Positions 1-13,498 of a stretch of 64,000 nt of DNA are shown in pieces. The position numbers and the translations under genes were made by a program. The notes under the pieces were generated by a model. It worked only from the letters and a program-made list of their open reading frames with translations. It did not search any database and had not been told where the DNA came from. Source of the stretch: the human T2T-CHM13v2.0 reference genome, Homo sapiens; NCBI RefSeq assembly GCF_009914755.1, contig NC_060934.1; one strand, written 5' to 3'. Each line of letters begins with the position of its first letter. The stretch's first letter is position 1.

Positions 1-149
1 ATCTGTTAAATTTATTTTGTCCAAAGTTTTTCTTTTAAGAATAAATAATTGAATTGCTTTTTGCTATTAACATAGATCCATTTCCCTTCATAGAAGGGTA
101 GCAGCCATCTTGTGTGAAATTCCTGTATCTCATTGTCTGTAGTAAACTT

Positions 150-380
150 TTCCTTAGTCTTTTCCTCCAGGCTGAACTATCCCAGGACTCTACATTTTCT
201 TCCTGATCAAGTTTCCCATCCCTTCAAGTCTTACCGTGATTATCTTTGAAGCCCATCCTATGGTCTTCATATTCTTTCCTCAGTGACGTTACCTTATGGG
301 GCTCTTCGCAAGTGTCCTCTCCTACAAGGGTACACCTGGATCATGCCAGATATGCACCTGCACTGAACACAGAGGCTGCA
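150..380 (-). mobile_element. L3/CR1 LINE remnant
   Basis: 'tttcctccaggctgaactatcccagg...gtttcccatcccttca' resembles the antisense L3 ORF2 3' region; heavily diverged. Confidence 0.4.
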
Positions 381-1787
381 CATGCTGGAATATGTTGTCC
401 TGGCTCCATCTTTCATAACTCTTACCCTTTCTGCACTCAGCCAGCTCTCCTGAGCTTTGGTTTCACCTTTCCATTCTGCCTTTCTGGGCCAGCTCCACAC
501 TGGTCTGCACACTAGTCTCTTATAAATATATTTCTGATCTCTTCTCTAATTGAATAAAGTGACCGAATTGTTCAAATATCATGGAGATGAATGCCTTACT
601 CAAAGATAGCAGACTGTATTCATATGCTCCAGCCTTTACATAAGAAAGATCATGCATGCATTGCACTGCATAGACATGTGCCCCTGGCAAGAGCCCCTGG
701 CTTGAACATTTATCCTGAACAGCCATCCTGCATTCCTCCTATACTTGATATCCCTCTTCTCTCCCTGGTTCCTCATCTTCCTAGTTATTCTTCACCTGGT
801 TTCATGCCTTTAGTCTTCTTTTTTGCTCTTCCTCTTTGTTTTAATAACTTGTTGGGAACTCTTTTCCTGGGTTGAAAAATTATGTTTTCTACTCTGTTTG
901 GCTCTTAACTTTATATGGCTTGAACACACCCTCTGGCTGCTTTGGTACATGAGAATTACATGCACAGGAGTTTTGTCCCCACTGAACAATTTCTTCAGCT
1001 GAAGAGAGGAAGTATGTGGCATACACAGTATGTGCCATATTCCAAACACGTATCTGTTTTCCAAAGTAAAATGAGTTACTTAAGGACAAGAAACTCACAA
1101 TATGCAAACAAAAATCACAAAGGAAATGCTCAGAAAATGGTTTCCAAGGTGGATTTTCTCTAACTGAACAAGGGCCCAGGCATCATTCCCTTCCACCTCT
1201 TGAAACTGATGACTTCTCCAGGTTCCCACAAAACAGATTCTGTACTACACTGACACTTGATATGGGTCCAGTTAATTCTAAAACTCTGTGAAGTAAATGG
1301 GACAGCATGGTTATCCTTTCCTAGCAAAGGAATAAAAGAAAAGACCTGTAAGGTGAAAGGATTTACCCTCTGTTATACAGGAATTTATTGTGGTTTGAAT
1401 CTTTGCTTGTCTGAAAATATCTGTATTTTCCCAAGCTTGTAGAAGCATTGCTTTCCACTGCCCTCCAACTTCCAACATTGCTATCAAGTCAGCACCTCTC
1501 ATCCTAATCCTGTGCATGTTAGCTGTGTTTATTTTCTCTCTTTCTCTCTCACCTTTCTCAGTTTTAGTATCATGTTTTGTTTCTGAAATTTCACAATGGT
1601 ATCACTGGTAGATTTTTTTTTGTTCATTTATGTGAATTTATGATACTGCATACACAAAGGTTTTTCAATCTGAAATCTCAAGCCTACTGGTTCTGGGCGT
1701 TTGTCCAGTATTATTTTTCCAATAATTTCCTTCTGATTGTTTTCTCTGTTCTCTGGAATACTTCTTAGTTAGATACTGTTCTTCTGA

Positions 1788-2118
<331 letters not shown>

Positions 2119-2149
2119 TCTAATTTTGCATCTAGCTATTTTCCATTAA

Positions 2150-2557
<408 letters not shown>

Positions 2558-3897
2558 TGAATTTGTTTTTAGCATCTCAGTTGAGATAAAAGGCAAGATC
2601 GTGACTGAAGGGAAGAAGCCTGCTCTGAGTTTCAAATACAAAATTGGTCTTTTTGTCAGAACAAACAGCTTGAGAAAAAGGAGTCACTAAAACTAATTGT
2701 TTTTCGTTATCAAAAACATTCAGTGCTCATGGAGAACAATATTTGAGACTCCATTCTATTATGAAATAATTGGGGATTATGTATTCCAGGTTTTATCACA
2801 ATTATCTTAAAAATCAATACTTTTTTAGAATCAGTAATTAACTGTTTATTTAGCTAACCACTACTTCCAACATCCCAAGTCTTCCTCAGTTTAACTATTG
2901 ATATTTTTGTTTTAGTTTGCTTGAATAGATTTGCCAGAAATTTCTGATAATAGGGCTTATGATTAGTAAACTTCGGGTCCTTAAAAAAAAAGGGCTCAAA
3001 GTTGCTTAAAACAACTATTTTTAACCTTGTAATTTTGGGGGCTTGGATTAGAATTCTAGCTCAAAATAACACATTACAAAATTTTAAAGATACTGATCTA
3101 TTGCTTTCAGAAATTTCTTGCTTTTAAGAACCCTGATTCCAATCTGGTATGCATTTCTTTATAGACAACCTGTAGTATTTTTTGTTTGCCTCGTTAGCTC
3201 TTAGAACTTCTTTTTCATTCTTGGTTTTCTGAAATGTCACCACACGGTGTGCTTATGGTTTGTCTGTTACAGTTATCCTATTTAACACCCAGTGAGCTAT
3301 TTCTATTTGAGGATTCATGTCTTCATTTATGAAAAAAGAAAAAAGTCTTCTGTTATTTATTTTCTCCCTTCAATTCTCATTTCTTTTTCTTTTTCAAGTC
3401 CTATTAGATGGAATTTGGAACTCTCTGATAAATCCACTTTGTCTCACAATGTTTCTTTAATATTTTCTATTTCTTTGTCCTTTGGGGATACATTTTACGA
3501 CAATTCTTTGTTGTCATTTCCCAGTTTACAAATTCAGTTTTCAGCTATGTTTATTCTGTTCCTTAATACACTATTTTTACTTCATTTATCTTTTTTCCCT
3601 CCAGATCTCAAAGTTTTTGCTTTAATTTATATATAAAATACTCCAATCCATTTCTGTGATGTTATACATGTTAATATTAACTACGCTTATTCTTAATTTC
3701 TTGATTTTCTAAACTTCCTTTACTATTGCGATATCTTCTTCATGTAATTTGAAATTTTAATGTATTCAACATGTCCTTTTAATGATGTTGATTTCTTGCC
3801 AGTGTTTGGAGATTCTTGATTGTATGGCCATCTTTGCTTTTGTTTCTTTGACTGAGAGGGGAATTGAACATACATTTCTGCTGAGTAAGGTTTGCTC

Positions 3898-3922
3898 TGT
3901 GTGTGTGTGTGTGTGTGTGTGT
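3898..3922. repeat. (TG)n microsatellite
   Basis: Seen directly. Confidence 0.95.
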
Positions 3923-4084
3923 ATACATACATGCTTCTACTAATATTTATATGTATTAAATTAATGAAAAACAAGTCTCTGTCTTCACAGGTTAGTCATA
4001 ACCTATGGCATCAGTCTGCCCAGAAAGGCAGTCTATCCTGGAATTTAAGTAATTTTTGGTGGTAGACAAACCAGTAATGCCAAT

Positions 4085-4246
4085 TACTAACTCTACGACT
4101 TTGGATAAATTATTATTCTCTGAGCCTCAACTTTCTTAGCAAAGTGAATATAGCTCAAGAGTAATGGGAGGATTAAGTGTGCTCTTGCAAATCTGTACAC
4201 TAGTGCCTGGCACTAGCAAACAATAACACAAGTGTTAACTGTTATT
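4085..4246 (+). mobile_element. MIR SINE
   Basis: 'ctttggataaatta...ctctgagcctca...gaggattaagtg...tagtgcctggcac' MIR core and tail. Confidence 0.75.
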
Positions 4247-6054
4247 TTGGTTGTCTCCAATCAGAACCTATTAATGGAGAAATTGACACGGAAAGGAAGG
4301 AATCATTTAGTAGAATTGGTAATGTGATGTTGGGTGAAATACTTTGATCCAAGAAATGTCCCTGTCCTTGTTTCCTCACTCACTGTCCCCTCATAGAAAT
4401 CCTCGGTCCCCCTATGTCTCATGTCCTGAAACGTCGGGTGGGAGAGGCCCTGAGACACATCCACACAGCCCTGCAGCACAGAGGTGAGCACACTAGGCCA
4501 AGCCTGGGCATGAGGAGAAGAGAACACTGTAACCGCCAGAGGTTTGCAGCTTTCTCTGAGGATGGGAACCCACGTCCCCCCTCAGGGTTTCATCCTGCGG
4601 GCCCATCTGTTCTGTGTTTTTGCTTTTGATTTCCACTGGTAGCTCTTGTAGACAGCTGAGCATCTTTTCTCCCAAGAAGTGAGCAAGAAAACCTTAGCCA
4701 AAATCAGCAGCTGTTGGTGTGCTTAATAGAGAAAATATCTCCCAGAGCTGCCAAGGCCACATGATACAATGGGATCCGCGAAGCCCAAGGTTCTTTTCCC
4801 AAGGCACAAAGCAAATTTTAGCACAAAGAATCTTCACTTGGCTCACTTCCGCCCTTGGGTCATAAGTGCGGGACCCCAGACTCATTCTTCAGAGGTGCTG
4901 CCCAGCCATTTGGAATGGACTGTGGTGGTCCATGGATGTCTGGGAAGTGGTTTGCTTCTTGTCTGTGTTCCTTCTCTGTGGCTGCAAGCTTGCTGGGGCT
5001 GGATTCCCAGGCTCTCCGACAGCAGGAGTGCACACACCCTGACCCAGCCTGGATTATGTCCCTCTATAGACTGGCCATCATTCCCACCTCTCAGGTCTCA
5101 AATCAGGCTATGAGTGCAGATTTCGTACCAATCTGTGGACTGTGGGTTTGCTCAGCTGGGACCTCTGGGGCCTCCAGAAGAGTGGAGAAGAGACAGAGTG
5201 CTGATAGGTTGGGCAGATGACCTTCAAGATCAATTAACACTCCCTGATTGCAGCCAACTCCTCAGTTCTAATCCTAGCAGATGAGCAACAGGGCCTATCA
5301 CTTGCCCCAGGTCTCACATTCCAAGTCCTGCACTCTCTCCTCTGCTCTTACCGCCCCATCCTGGAGGAGTCAGGAAAGCCACACTGCCCTTGGCTGCCTG
5401 GACTTCCCCCACCAGCTGAGCTGCTGAGAGGCTGGTGGACTGAGGGGCGGAGCAGACTTCTGACTCTCTGAGGAAGAATCCAGCTGAGAGCCCCTCTTCT
5501 TAAGTGCTTCCAACCCAGCCAGTCCGAGTAAAGCAGGTCTGCAAACAGGGTGAGCAGGGGTCAGAAGGGAAGAGACAGCCTCTATAAACATCAACACCAT
5601 GCCCTAGAACTAGGCCCCAGCTGGAGCCTCGCCAGCAGCCTCCCAGTCAATCAAGAAAAAGATCCGGAATTGGGGAAAAGGAAGATGCATCAGGGCCAAG
5701 CCTCGCGCCAGATCTGGCCTGACGCTTCTTGGTGCCATTGACTGTCCTGGCTGCATTCTGTTCGCCCAAGGTCAGTCCTGCCACCAGGCCAGGGCTGGCG
5801 TAACTGCCCTCCCTGCCAGGCCTTAATCCCATTCCCTGGAATTAGGCCTCATCTTCCTATTTCTTCTTGGGGGGCTTGTAGGGAAGGGCTTTTCCTGATG
5901 ATGGACAGGGCTTTTTCTGGTGCCAGTGACAACTCCAGGGTTGCAACTTCCATCCAGACATTCTCTCACCTCATCCATGGATTTCAACAGTTGCTCAGAC
6001 TAGACTTGAGTTTTCATTTGATATCAGGGGCATAGAACAGGGGAAGAAACAGGC

Positions 6055-6170
6055 GCTTTAGTTTTAGATCTCTGTCAAAGTCCTGGCTCTGCACTTACTA
6101 CCTGTGTGGCTTTGAGCAAGTTGCTTACCCTCTCAGAGCCCCCACTTCCCCCATAGAGAAATGGGAGAAT
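6055..6170 (+). mobile_element. MIR SINE
   Basis: 'tcctggctctgcacttactacctgtgtggctttgagcaagttgctt...aaatggga'. Confidence 0.8.
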
Positions 6171-6744
6171 GGAAGCTATCAGAGTGGCTTCCATTTAGAA
6201 GGAGCTCCTCCCAGCCCTTCTCTAACAGGTCAGAGGAATGGATGTGCTTCCACCACTCCCTGGCATTTGGAATCCCAGCCAAGTGCCGGTTCTGGCTTGG
6301 CCATCTGCTCCATCGCTGTCAGCACGCTGCTCTGCATGGTGGGACAGTTCCCCATCTATGGTGCCCTCCTGAGCCATCACTGACCAGGCTTGGGTCTCCT
6401 TGGGCAACCTTTATTATGTGGTCTGCCCATAGTGGGTGGCCCTGGCTGCTCCCAGGGCAGGGACCATGGCACTCAGCCTGCATCTCAGGAGTACCTGTCT
6501 GCATTTTACTAGTTTCTCCATGAAGACTTGCTAGGTTGAAAAGAGTTGAGAACATGGCATAAGCTGTGGGATGGGGACCAAGAGAACCTCAGCTTCATGC
6601 TCTAACTTTACTCAAATTACCCAAACACTTCAGTGCAAACGCATCCTCAAAACTATTCCTCCCATGTGTCTTCTGCCTTAGAGAATGACACCAGCTTCCA
6701 CTCAGTGCCAAAGCCTGGGCTTCACTTCTCACTGTGCCCCTCAC

Positions 6745-6945
6745 CCACCCTCCCCACTCCACCACCCTTCTCTATCACCCTCTCCACCACCCTCTCCATT
6801 GCCCTCTCCACCACCCTCTCCATCATCCTCTCCAACACCCTCTCCATCACCCTCTCCACCATCCCTCCGCAACCATCTCTATCATCCTCTCTACTACCCT
6901 CTCCATCATCACCCTCTCCATCGCCCTATGCTTCACCCTCTCCCT
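6745..6945. repeat. Degenerate 12-bp minisatellite (CCATCACCCTCT)n
   Basis: Repeated 'ccaccaccctct/ccatcaccctct/ccatcatcctct' units; it produces the HHPL, SPSP and TLST low-complexity ORFs. Confidence 0.9.
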
Positions 6946-7099
6946 CCTACCAATCTCCAAAACCTGTGGCTTCTGCTTCCTCTGTCTTATATCTCATGTT
7001 TAGTCTCTAGAATGCACGTTAGTTTAGTGACCAGAGAAGAGGTCCCATGCCACTGGGCTTTCACTAATGTCATTGCCACCACCTGCATGATTTCACGCC

Positions 7100-7450
7100 A
7101 GCAAAATCTTTCTCCCAGCCTGAATAACTCTTACTCATCCCAAAGACCTCAACTCCAATATTGCCTCTTCTAAGTATCCATTCCTGCCTCTTTCCAAATT
7201 GGATTAGGTGTTTGCCCTCCCAGCCTATATGGATTAGATGTCCCCCTGCTCAACCTATATGCTCCCTTCTCACCCCCATAGAGTAATTGTCATTCTTTGT
7301 GAATACTGCTAGTTTGCTTGTCTGTGTTCAACACTAGATGGAGTGCCCTCCAATGGCAGGGATGGTGTCAGTACTTTTCAAAGTGATGTTCATTCCTAGC
7401 AGGCTACAGACAGGGTTTAGTAAACACTCGGCATTTCTTGAATGGATAAG
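7100..7450 (+). mobile_element. L2 3' end
   Basis: 'aactcttactcatcccaaagacctcaact...actagatgg...ggcagggatggtgtc...agtaaacactc...gaatggat'. Confidence 0.65.
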
Positions 7451-7519
7451 TTCTCCTTCTGTAGAAATGAACTTGCCAAAGGTGTAGGTAAGACTCTCCC
7501 AGATTAAAGGCTAAGGAGC

Positions 7520-7785
7520 ATGACCACTAAATTCATCTTGTAAACCTGGGTTGGATCCTGGATCAGGAAAGGGCCATTCATGGGACAATTGGTAAAATCT
7601 GCATAAAGTCTATGGATTAGATGAATGTTCTATCAATGTTAATTTCCTGATGTTGTTCCCTGTACTCAGATGGCCTGAGAAATTGACATCTAGGAAATCT
7701 GAACCGAAAAGTATATGGGAATTCTTTATGCTTTTTTTCACCTTTTTCGTAAAGTATAAAATTATATAAAATCGAAAGTTAAAAA
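7520..7785 (+). mobile_element. L1M (MC/ME-type) 3' UTR
   Basis: 'ttggatcctggatcaggaaa...atcaatgttaatttcctga...tatgggaattcttta...aaattatataaaatcgaaagttaaaaa'. Confidence 0.75.
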
Positions 7786-8709
7786 TGCAGACAAAATAAA
7801 GGTGTATATTAATTGAAAAGAATGAAAACTAACTTCAGGATTCCCTCGGAACTTGATTTTTTCATTAGTAAATTTATCACCAGTTTTCTTTTCCTTCTGC
7901 TTCCCCTTTTCCTATAAAAAGCAGTACCTGTATGACAGGGCGTGGGAGGGACTCACTGCTGAAAGCTTACATGACAGGCACGTGTGTGATGAGTAGGCCC
8001 CTGAACCCTGCTGGGTGCCACCAACCAGCCTAGCAGGTGATTGCAGAGCCCCCAGTGGTCAAGGTGGACCCGGCCAGCCCAACACACCGGCCCAATGCAC
8101 CGGCCCAAGCGCTTCCTGCTGGACTGGCTGGGCAAATGACTCATCTGGACTCTAAACACTAGAGCTGCTTCCTACCATGCTGAGGACAGCACCCGTTCAT
8201 GGGAATGGGCTTCACAAACAGAAAAGACCCCCAGGAAGGAGAGCGCCTAGCCCAATCCCTAGCTCCACCCTGTCTTTCATCCTCAAGCCAAGACGGCTCG
8301 TCCTCCGCCTCGTCCTCAGGGTGTGGACAGACTGTCTGAGTCTCAGGGTTGGGGCCTTCCCTTCAGATGTCAGGAGTGCAGGAGAGGTTGCAGGTGAAAC
8401 CCCAGGCCTACTTCATCAGCTTGAGCCCCAAAGCTGGACAAACATCCCCTGTGGCAGCTGGCAGGCCTGTGCCCTCCAGGAGTACAGCTGGTCCAGGCCG
8501 CCCTTCCCATCCAAGACTTGCAGACGTGGGAGCCATGCCACTGCCTCCTCCTACAGCTGCAGAGCCCCTGCACTCAGAGGCAGGACACCCCACATTTATC
8601 CACCCAAGCTCCAGAAGAAGGGCAGTCAGCCTTGGCTTGGGCATCTGGGGCAACATGGTAAGCACTTTCCCACAGGGCTGCCCCCAGGGCTGTTCAAAAG
8701 CTACTCTTT

Positions 8710-9170
8710 GGAATGAAATAAAATCTGCCCCCAGCAACATCCACCTACAGATCAAAGTCCTACCCTATGGTGATTACACAGAATCGGTTTGTTTTCTCTG
8801 CCTTGTTGCAGTCCTTTAAACATCTGGAGACAGTAACCGTTTTCCTCCAGTCTTTTTTTAGACAGCGCTGTGGGATTAGACAGTTCTTCCACTCGTCTTC
8901 AAACAGCATGGTTTCTAGATCCCTCAAGATGTTACCACTGTCTCATATACTCACTTTTAAGGTTCTTTCTATAATGCAATGGACAATGAGACTACAAAGT
9001 TCCAGACAAACTAGCCAGCACAGAGGACAATAGGACCATCGCCTCCTGTGATCGACACCCCATTTTTGCATTAATGCATCCCATCATGGCCTTGTTAGCA
9101 ATGTGTGACGTCATTGCTCCCACTGAAGCTGCAAGACAGCCACAAACTCCAAAACATTCACTCTCTCATA
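8710..9170 (-). mobile_element. L3/CR1 LINE remnant
   Basis: 'aaatctgccccc...gtcctaccctatgg...cctttaaacatctggagacag...catggtttctagatccctca...ttaatgcatcc' follows the antisense L3 consensus order. Confidence 0.6.
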
Positions 9171-10659
9171 TTTGCACAATTAACTTTTGAATACCAAATA
9201 AATGTTCTATGTTAATCACTGCTAATATTATATCTGTTAGTTTTGTCTCTATAGTTAACACAATTTCATAACTATTCCTGGGCCTCCCAAGAGCATGGGA
9301 AGTCCCTCCTAATGACGTGCATGGTGGCTCCAAGCATGTCACCTGGGATGGGAGAGTGTGCAAAAAGACAAAGCTCTGCAGGGCCCTGCCCATCTGATAA
9401 TGCTCCCTTACTCCTGGGGAAGCCAAGCAGAGAAGACTCCAATGCTTTAAACCATGGATGTGAGGCATTGTGAAGGGACTGTGTGCTCTAGAGAGGGTGT
9501 GAGGGGATGCAAGGGATGCTGGAGGCAAGGTGCACCTCTGAACATGTGCGCATTTGGAATCCAGTCAGGAACCAGCAGGCCTATGGGCCTGGAGGGAGGG
9601 TCCTGGCAGCCCAGACACCCCTCCCCACACCGACAGAAGTTAAGACAAAGGCATCACTCTGCTTCATCACTTCTAGAAGAAAGAGAGGCAAGCAGACTGA
9701 ATGTACGCCTCACAAAGGGTGTGATTTACTGCTCCTGAAAAAAAGTGCTGAACCTTTTTCATTCTGATGATATCCAGACTCCAGAGGGGCAGCAGTTCAC
9801 TTCAGCGGTAGACAGTAATGTGCATCTCTGCTCTGGAACTTCAAGCCACAGTCTGCAAGAAGAAACCCCACCTAGGAAAGTGGCACCAAGAAAATGCTTC
9901 CTGCCAAGACAATGCATTAAATTTATTCCTTACAAACACATCTCAACTGGGGCTATTTCTGCCTCAGTGAACTCTCAGAAAGGGAGGCAATGTGGTGGTT
10001 TTTCTTTCATCACATAAAGGAAGTCAGTAAAGTGGAGCACTAGGATTGTACTAGCAAATGCATCAACAACGGACACAAAGTAGCCTTGACCTCATGCAGG
10101 ATTCCACAGATGTTAAAGTGTCTGTACAGATGAGTGGGGTCACCTGCGGCCAAGTGGTTCCATCATTAAACCATCCAAGGATTAGACCATGTCTAGTCTA
10201 GGGTTCATTGAAAGCAACTTCTGGGTGGTCACAGCAACAATTGGGAGGTTTGGGGTACTTACTGTGTTCCCAGGAGGTGTATGTGGTCTCTGGGCATGGA
10301 TGATACACATTCATTTCATGTTGGTCGAAAGACATGGTATTTAGTGAACGTTTTACATCATTTCTGCTTTGAAGTTGTGGCAAACTGTTGTTTCATTTAA
10401 GATGTTCATTTTCTCCCTCTCCATTCTCTACTAGTTTTGGTTTATGTTTTCAGTAGTATTCAAAGCAACTTTAACCATAAATCTCAGTGCCTTGAAATTA
10501 TTTTTAATTAAACAAAAAACTCATTTAATATAAAACAAATATATATTAATTAAAACTCTGAGGACAGCCTTAGTAGAGGTATAAATTTCAAATCAAACCA
10601 ATCAGAAAAAAGAACCAACAGAAATTTAATAAATGGAAAAATTTGGGAAGAAAGTAAAC

Positions 10660-10875
10660 AGTAATAGCTGATGGTGCATTTACTTGGTGCCATGCACTAT
10701 TCTGAACACTTTATAAATATCAAAGAATTATTTCACTATCCTATGAGTTGTGCATCTTAAAGACAAAAAACCTTAGATGCAGAAAGATTAAGCGGTTTTC
10801 TTATGATGGCCTTTCTAGTAACTTTAAGAACTAGAATTTGAATGCAAAACCCCCACCCTTAACTATTATACTGCT
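10660..10875 (-). mobile_element. MIR SINE
   Basis: 'tacttggtgccatgcactattctgaacacttta...ctatgag...gaatttgaatgc'. Confidence 0.6.
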
Positions 10876-10899
10876 TCTTTCTTGATATAAAGTCTATTA

Positions 10900-12810
10900 A
10901 ATAGAAGTCAAAAAATTAGAGCGATTGTATAAATAATTCCAAATATATCACTGATTATAATAACTATTACTGGGCTAAGTTTTCCCTTCAAAAGGCAAAT
11001 TATGTCAACTTAAATGTATTGTTAATACAAAAATCTTACACACAAACACATACAGGATTGAAATTAAGATAGACAACAGTATCAGAGTTGTCACAGAGGC
11101 CTGCTAATCGCCTGCTTCTCACATTTCTAGAGAGGTAAGCACACCACTCCAGCCATTGGCTGGAGACTCCCTCACGTGCAGGTCTCTATCCAGAAGGGAA
11201 TTCTCTGACCCGGAAAACACAGAGAAGGTGACTTCTATTGGATTCTCGTGACCACGTTACTGAGTTCCCCACATTAAAAGGTGAGCAGGGAGGGCATGTT
11301 CTACTTTCTCCTGCAGCTTCCAGGACCTGCCTGTGCTTTGTCATTGCAGGGCTGGGCACATTGCTGCCTCTGGGAGGCCAAGCTGGTGCTCTTCTCATGC
11401 TCCTCACTCCCAGGCTTTGGCTGGTTGAGCACCTTAGTCATCCAGTCTGCAGGACCAAGAATCTCCAATTTGGGGAAGAAGGAAAAGGAAAAGGAAATTC
11501 CATTTTTCCCTTAAGCACAAGACTACTTTTCCATAATAAAACCACCTCTGTTCTTAGGACTCATCCAGCTGTGCTCCCAGTGGACTAAGAACCCAAAAGA
11601 GATGTGCAAGTATTTATCTCCCTCCAAAAACTGGATGGGATTTTAACAAACATGTCAGAAATTGAAAGAAGCAAGAGCACAAAAGACCGAGGGTGTAAAT
11701 AATAAAACTAACAAACTTGATTGTATAGCTAGAAATAGAAAACAGACAAAGATATGGAGACATTGTTTCTACCAAAAACAATAAATAATAAATAAAAATT
11801 TTATAAAATTCTACAGTGTACAGTACCCCCTCCTTATCCCCAGGAGATTTGTTCCAAGACCCCCAGCAGATGCCTGAAACCTTGGATAGCACCAAACCCT
11901 ATATACTGCTTTTTCCTGTACATACACACCTATGATAAAATTTAATGTACAAATTTGGCACAGTAAGAGATTAACAATAATAGTAAAGCAGAATAATTAT
12001 AACAATATACTCATGAAAGTTATGTGAATGTGGTCTCTCAAAATATCTTACTGTACTGTACTCACCCTTCTTGTGATCTGTCGATCTTATCATCAGAACA
12101 ATGAGTGAGTGACCAACGGGCAGGTAGCAGAGGCAGTGTGGATACCTGCACAAAGAGATGATTCACCTCCCCAGTGAGACACAGCAAGATGGCACCAGAT
12201 TTCATCGTATTACTCAGAACGCATGCAATTTAAAACTTATGAACGCTTTATTTCTGGGAGTTTCCATTTAATATTTTTGAACACCTGTTCACTGGGGTAA
12301 CTAAAACTATGGAAAGCCACACTGCATATGAGTGAGGACTACTGTACTTTGCTCCCAATAAAATTTTAATTTTGAAAGAGGAAAAATTATAACAACTCCA
12401 TATGTAGAATAACCCAGAAACAAAGAAGAAAGGAATAGCCTCTCTCCCCAAAATAAGGTTAACATTTAAAAATATAAAAAACTTCAAAATAATATTTAGA
12501 TTTAAAAAGAAATCAAAGGTAAAAAGGCTCTTTAAAAGGAAATGTAATTCAGAACATTATTTATCGAAACCTATAAGATATGGCCAAAAAGTACTCTAAG
12601 GAGCATTTATAGCCTCAAAAGCATTGGCTTTAAAATATACTGAAAATAAATTAAAATATTGTACTGAAGTAACATTCAATTTAAGAAGAACTCCAAAGTA
12701 AACAAAAAACAATTTTAACAGAGGAAAAAATACATTTAGTTAAAATACAAGTTAATGAAATAAGAATGATTATTAAATAAGAATGAAATAAAAGAAGGTA
12801 AAAAATGCAG
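10900..12810 (+). mobile_element. Old L1 ORF2 (endonuclease region) fragments, split by an unidentified block and by MER44
   Basis: A-rich; 'tgggctaagttttcccttcaaaaggcaaa' (ORF2 start), 'gggattttaaca' and 'aacaaacttga' (EN domain), 'gagcatttatagcc'. Confidence 0.65.
11821..12344 (-). mobile_element. MER44 (Tigger7-derived) non-autonomous DNA transposon, ~525 bp (MER44B-like)
   Basis: Ends 'cagtaccccctccttatcc' and 'gaggactactg' form terminal inverted repeats flanked by TA; internal 'gcaatttaaaacttatgaa...ttccatttaatattttt'. Confidence 0.85.
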
Positions 12811-13498
12811 AGAGTTCTCTCTGAATGGAGGGCTCACACCTACCTGACCCTTTGCTGGAGTAATCTCTGAGCTGCAGTCTCGGATTACCTGGTGCCCCAC
12901 AGGCACTCTCTCTGAAGCCAGAGGGTTCAGACCCACCTAACACATCACAGTGCCTCAGTGATGGTGAACACATGACCTCAGAAGCCTCTTAGCCCATCTT
13001 TCCCCACCTCTACTCAGAAAGTTGTTTCTCAGTTGAGCCACACTCTGACAGTTCCTAACCCTAGACAAGGGAGGAGAGAAGATATATGTGTCAGGCAGAA
13101 GTGGCCTCTCTCTCCTTGGTGCAAATGCACCACCAGGGCCCTCAGACTGCACCCACTGCAGGGAGACAAAAGAGGAGAGCAGGGCCAGAGGAGGGAGCTG
13201 CCCTTAGAGACTTCCAGGTGCTTGATCAGCTCCCCTGGCATGGATCAGTGAGAGCCAACCCCAGGAGACATCTTGGGCTGAGCTACTAACACTCAACTCC
13301 TCCTGCCTGCACCTTGTGGAGGGAGTAGCTGGTCAAGCACTGAGTCCAAAGAGAAGGTCTGGCCTCCTCCCCTGAGAGGAGGAAGGATGGGGACAACCAG
13401 GAACAGGGAAGACTGGGGCTTCTCTAGGAGACCAGGCCCTCGCAGGAAAGAGAAGCCCCACAGACATGGAGGCTGGCCAAGCTTTGCCCATTGGGCAG

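Noticed and set aside
6633-7173. Pro/Ser/His-rich ORFs in three frames
   Set aside because: Translation of the 12-bp minisatellite
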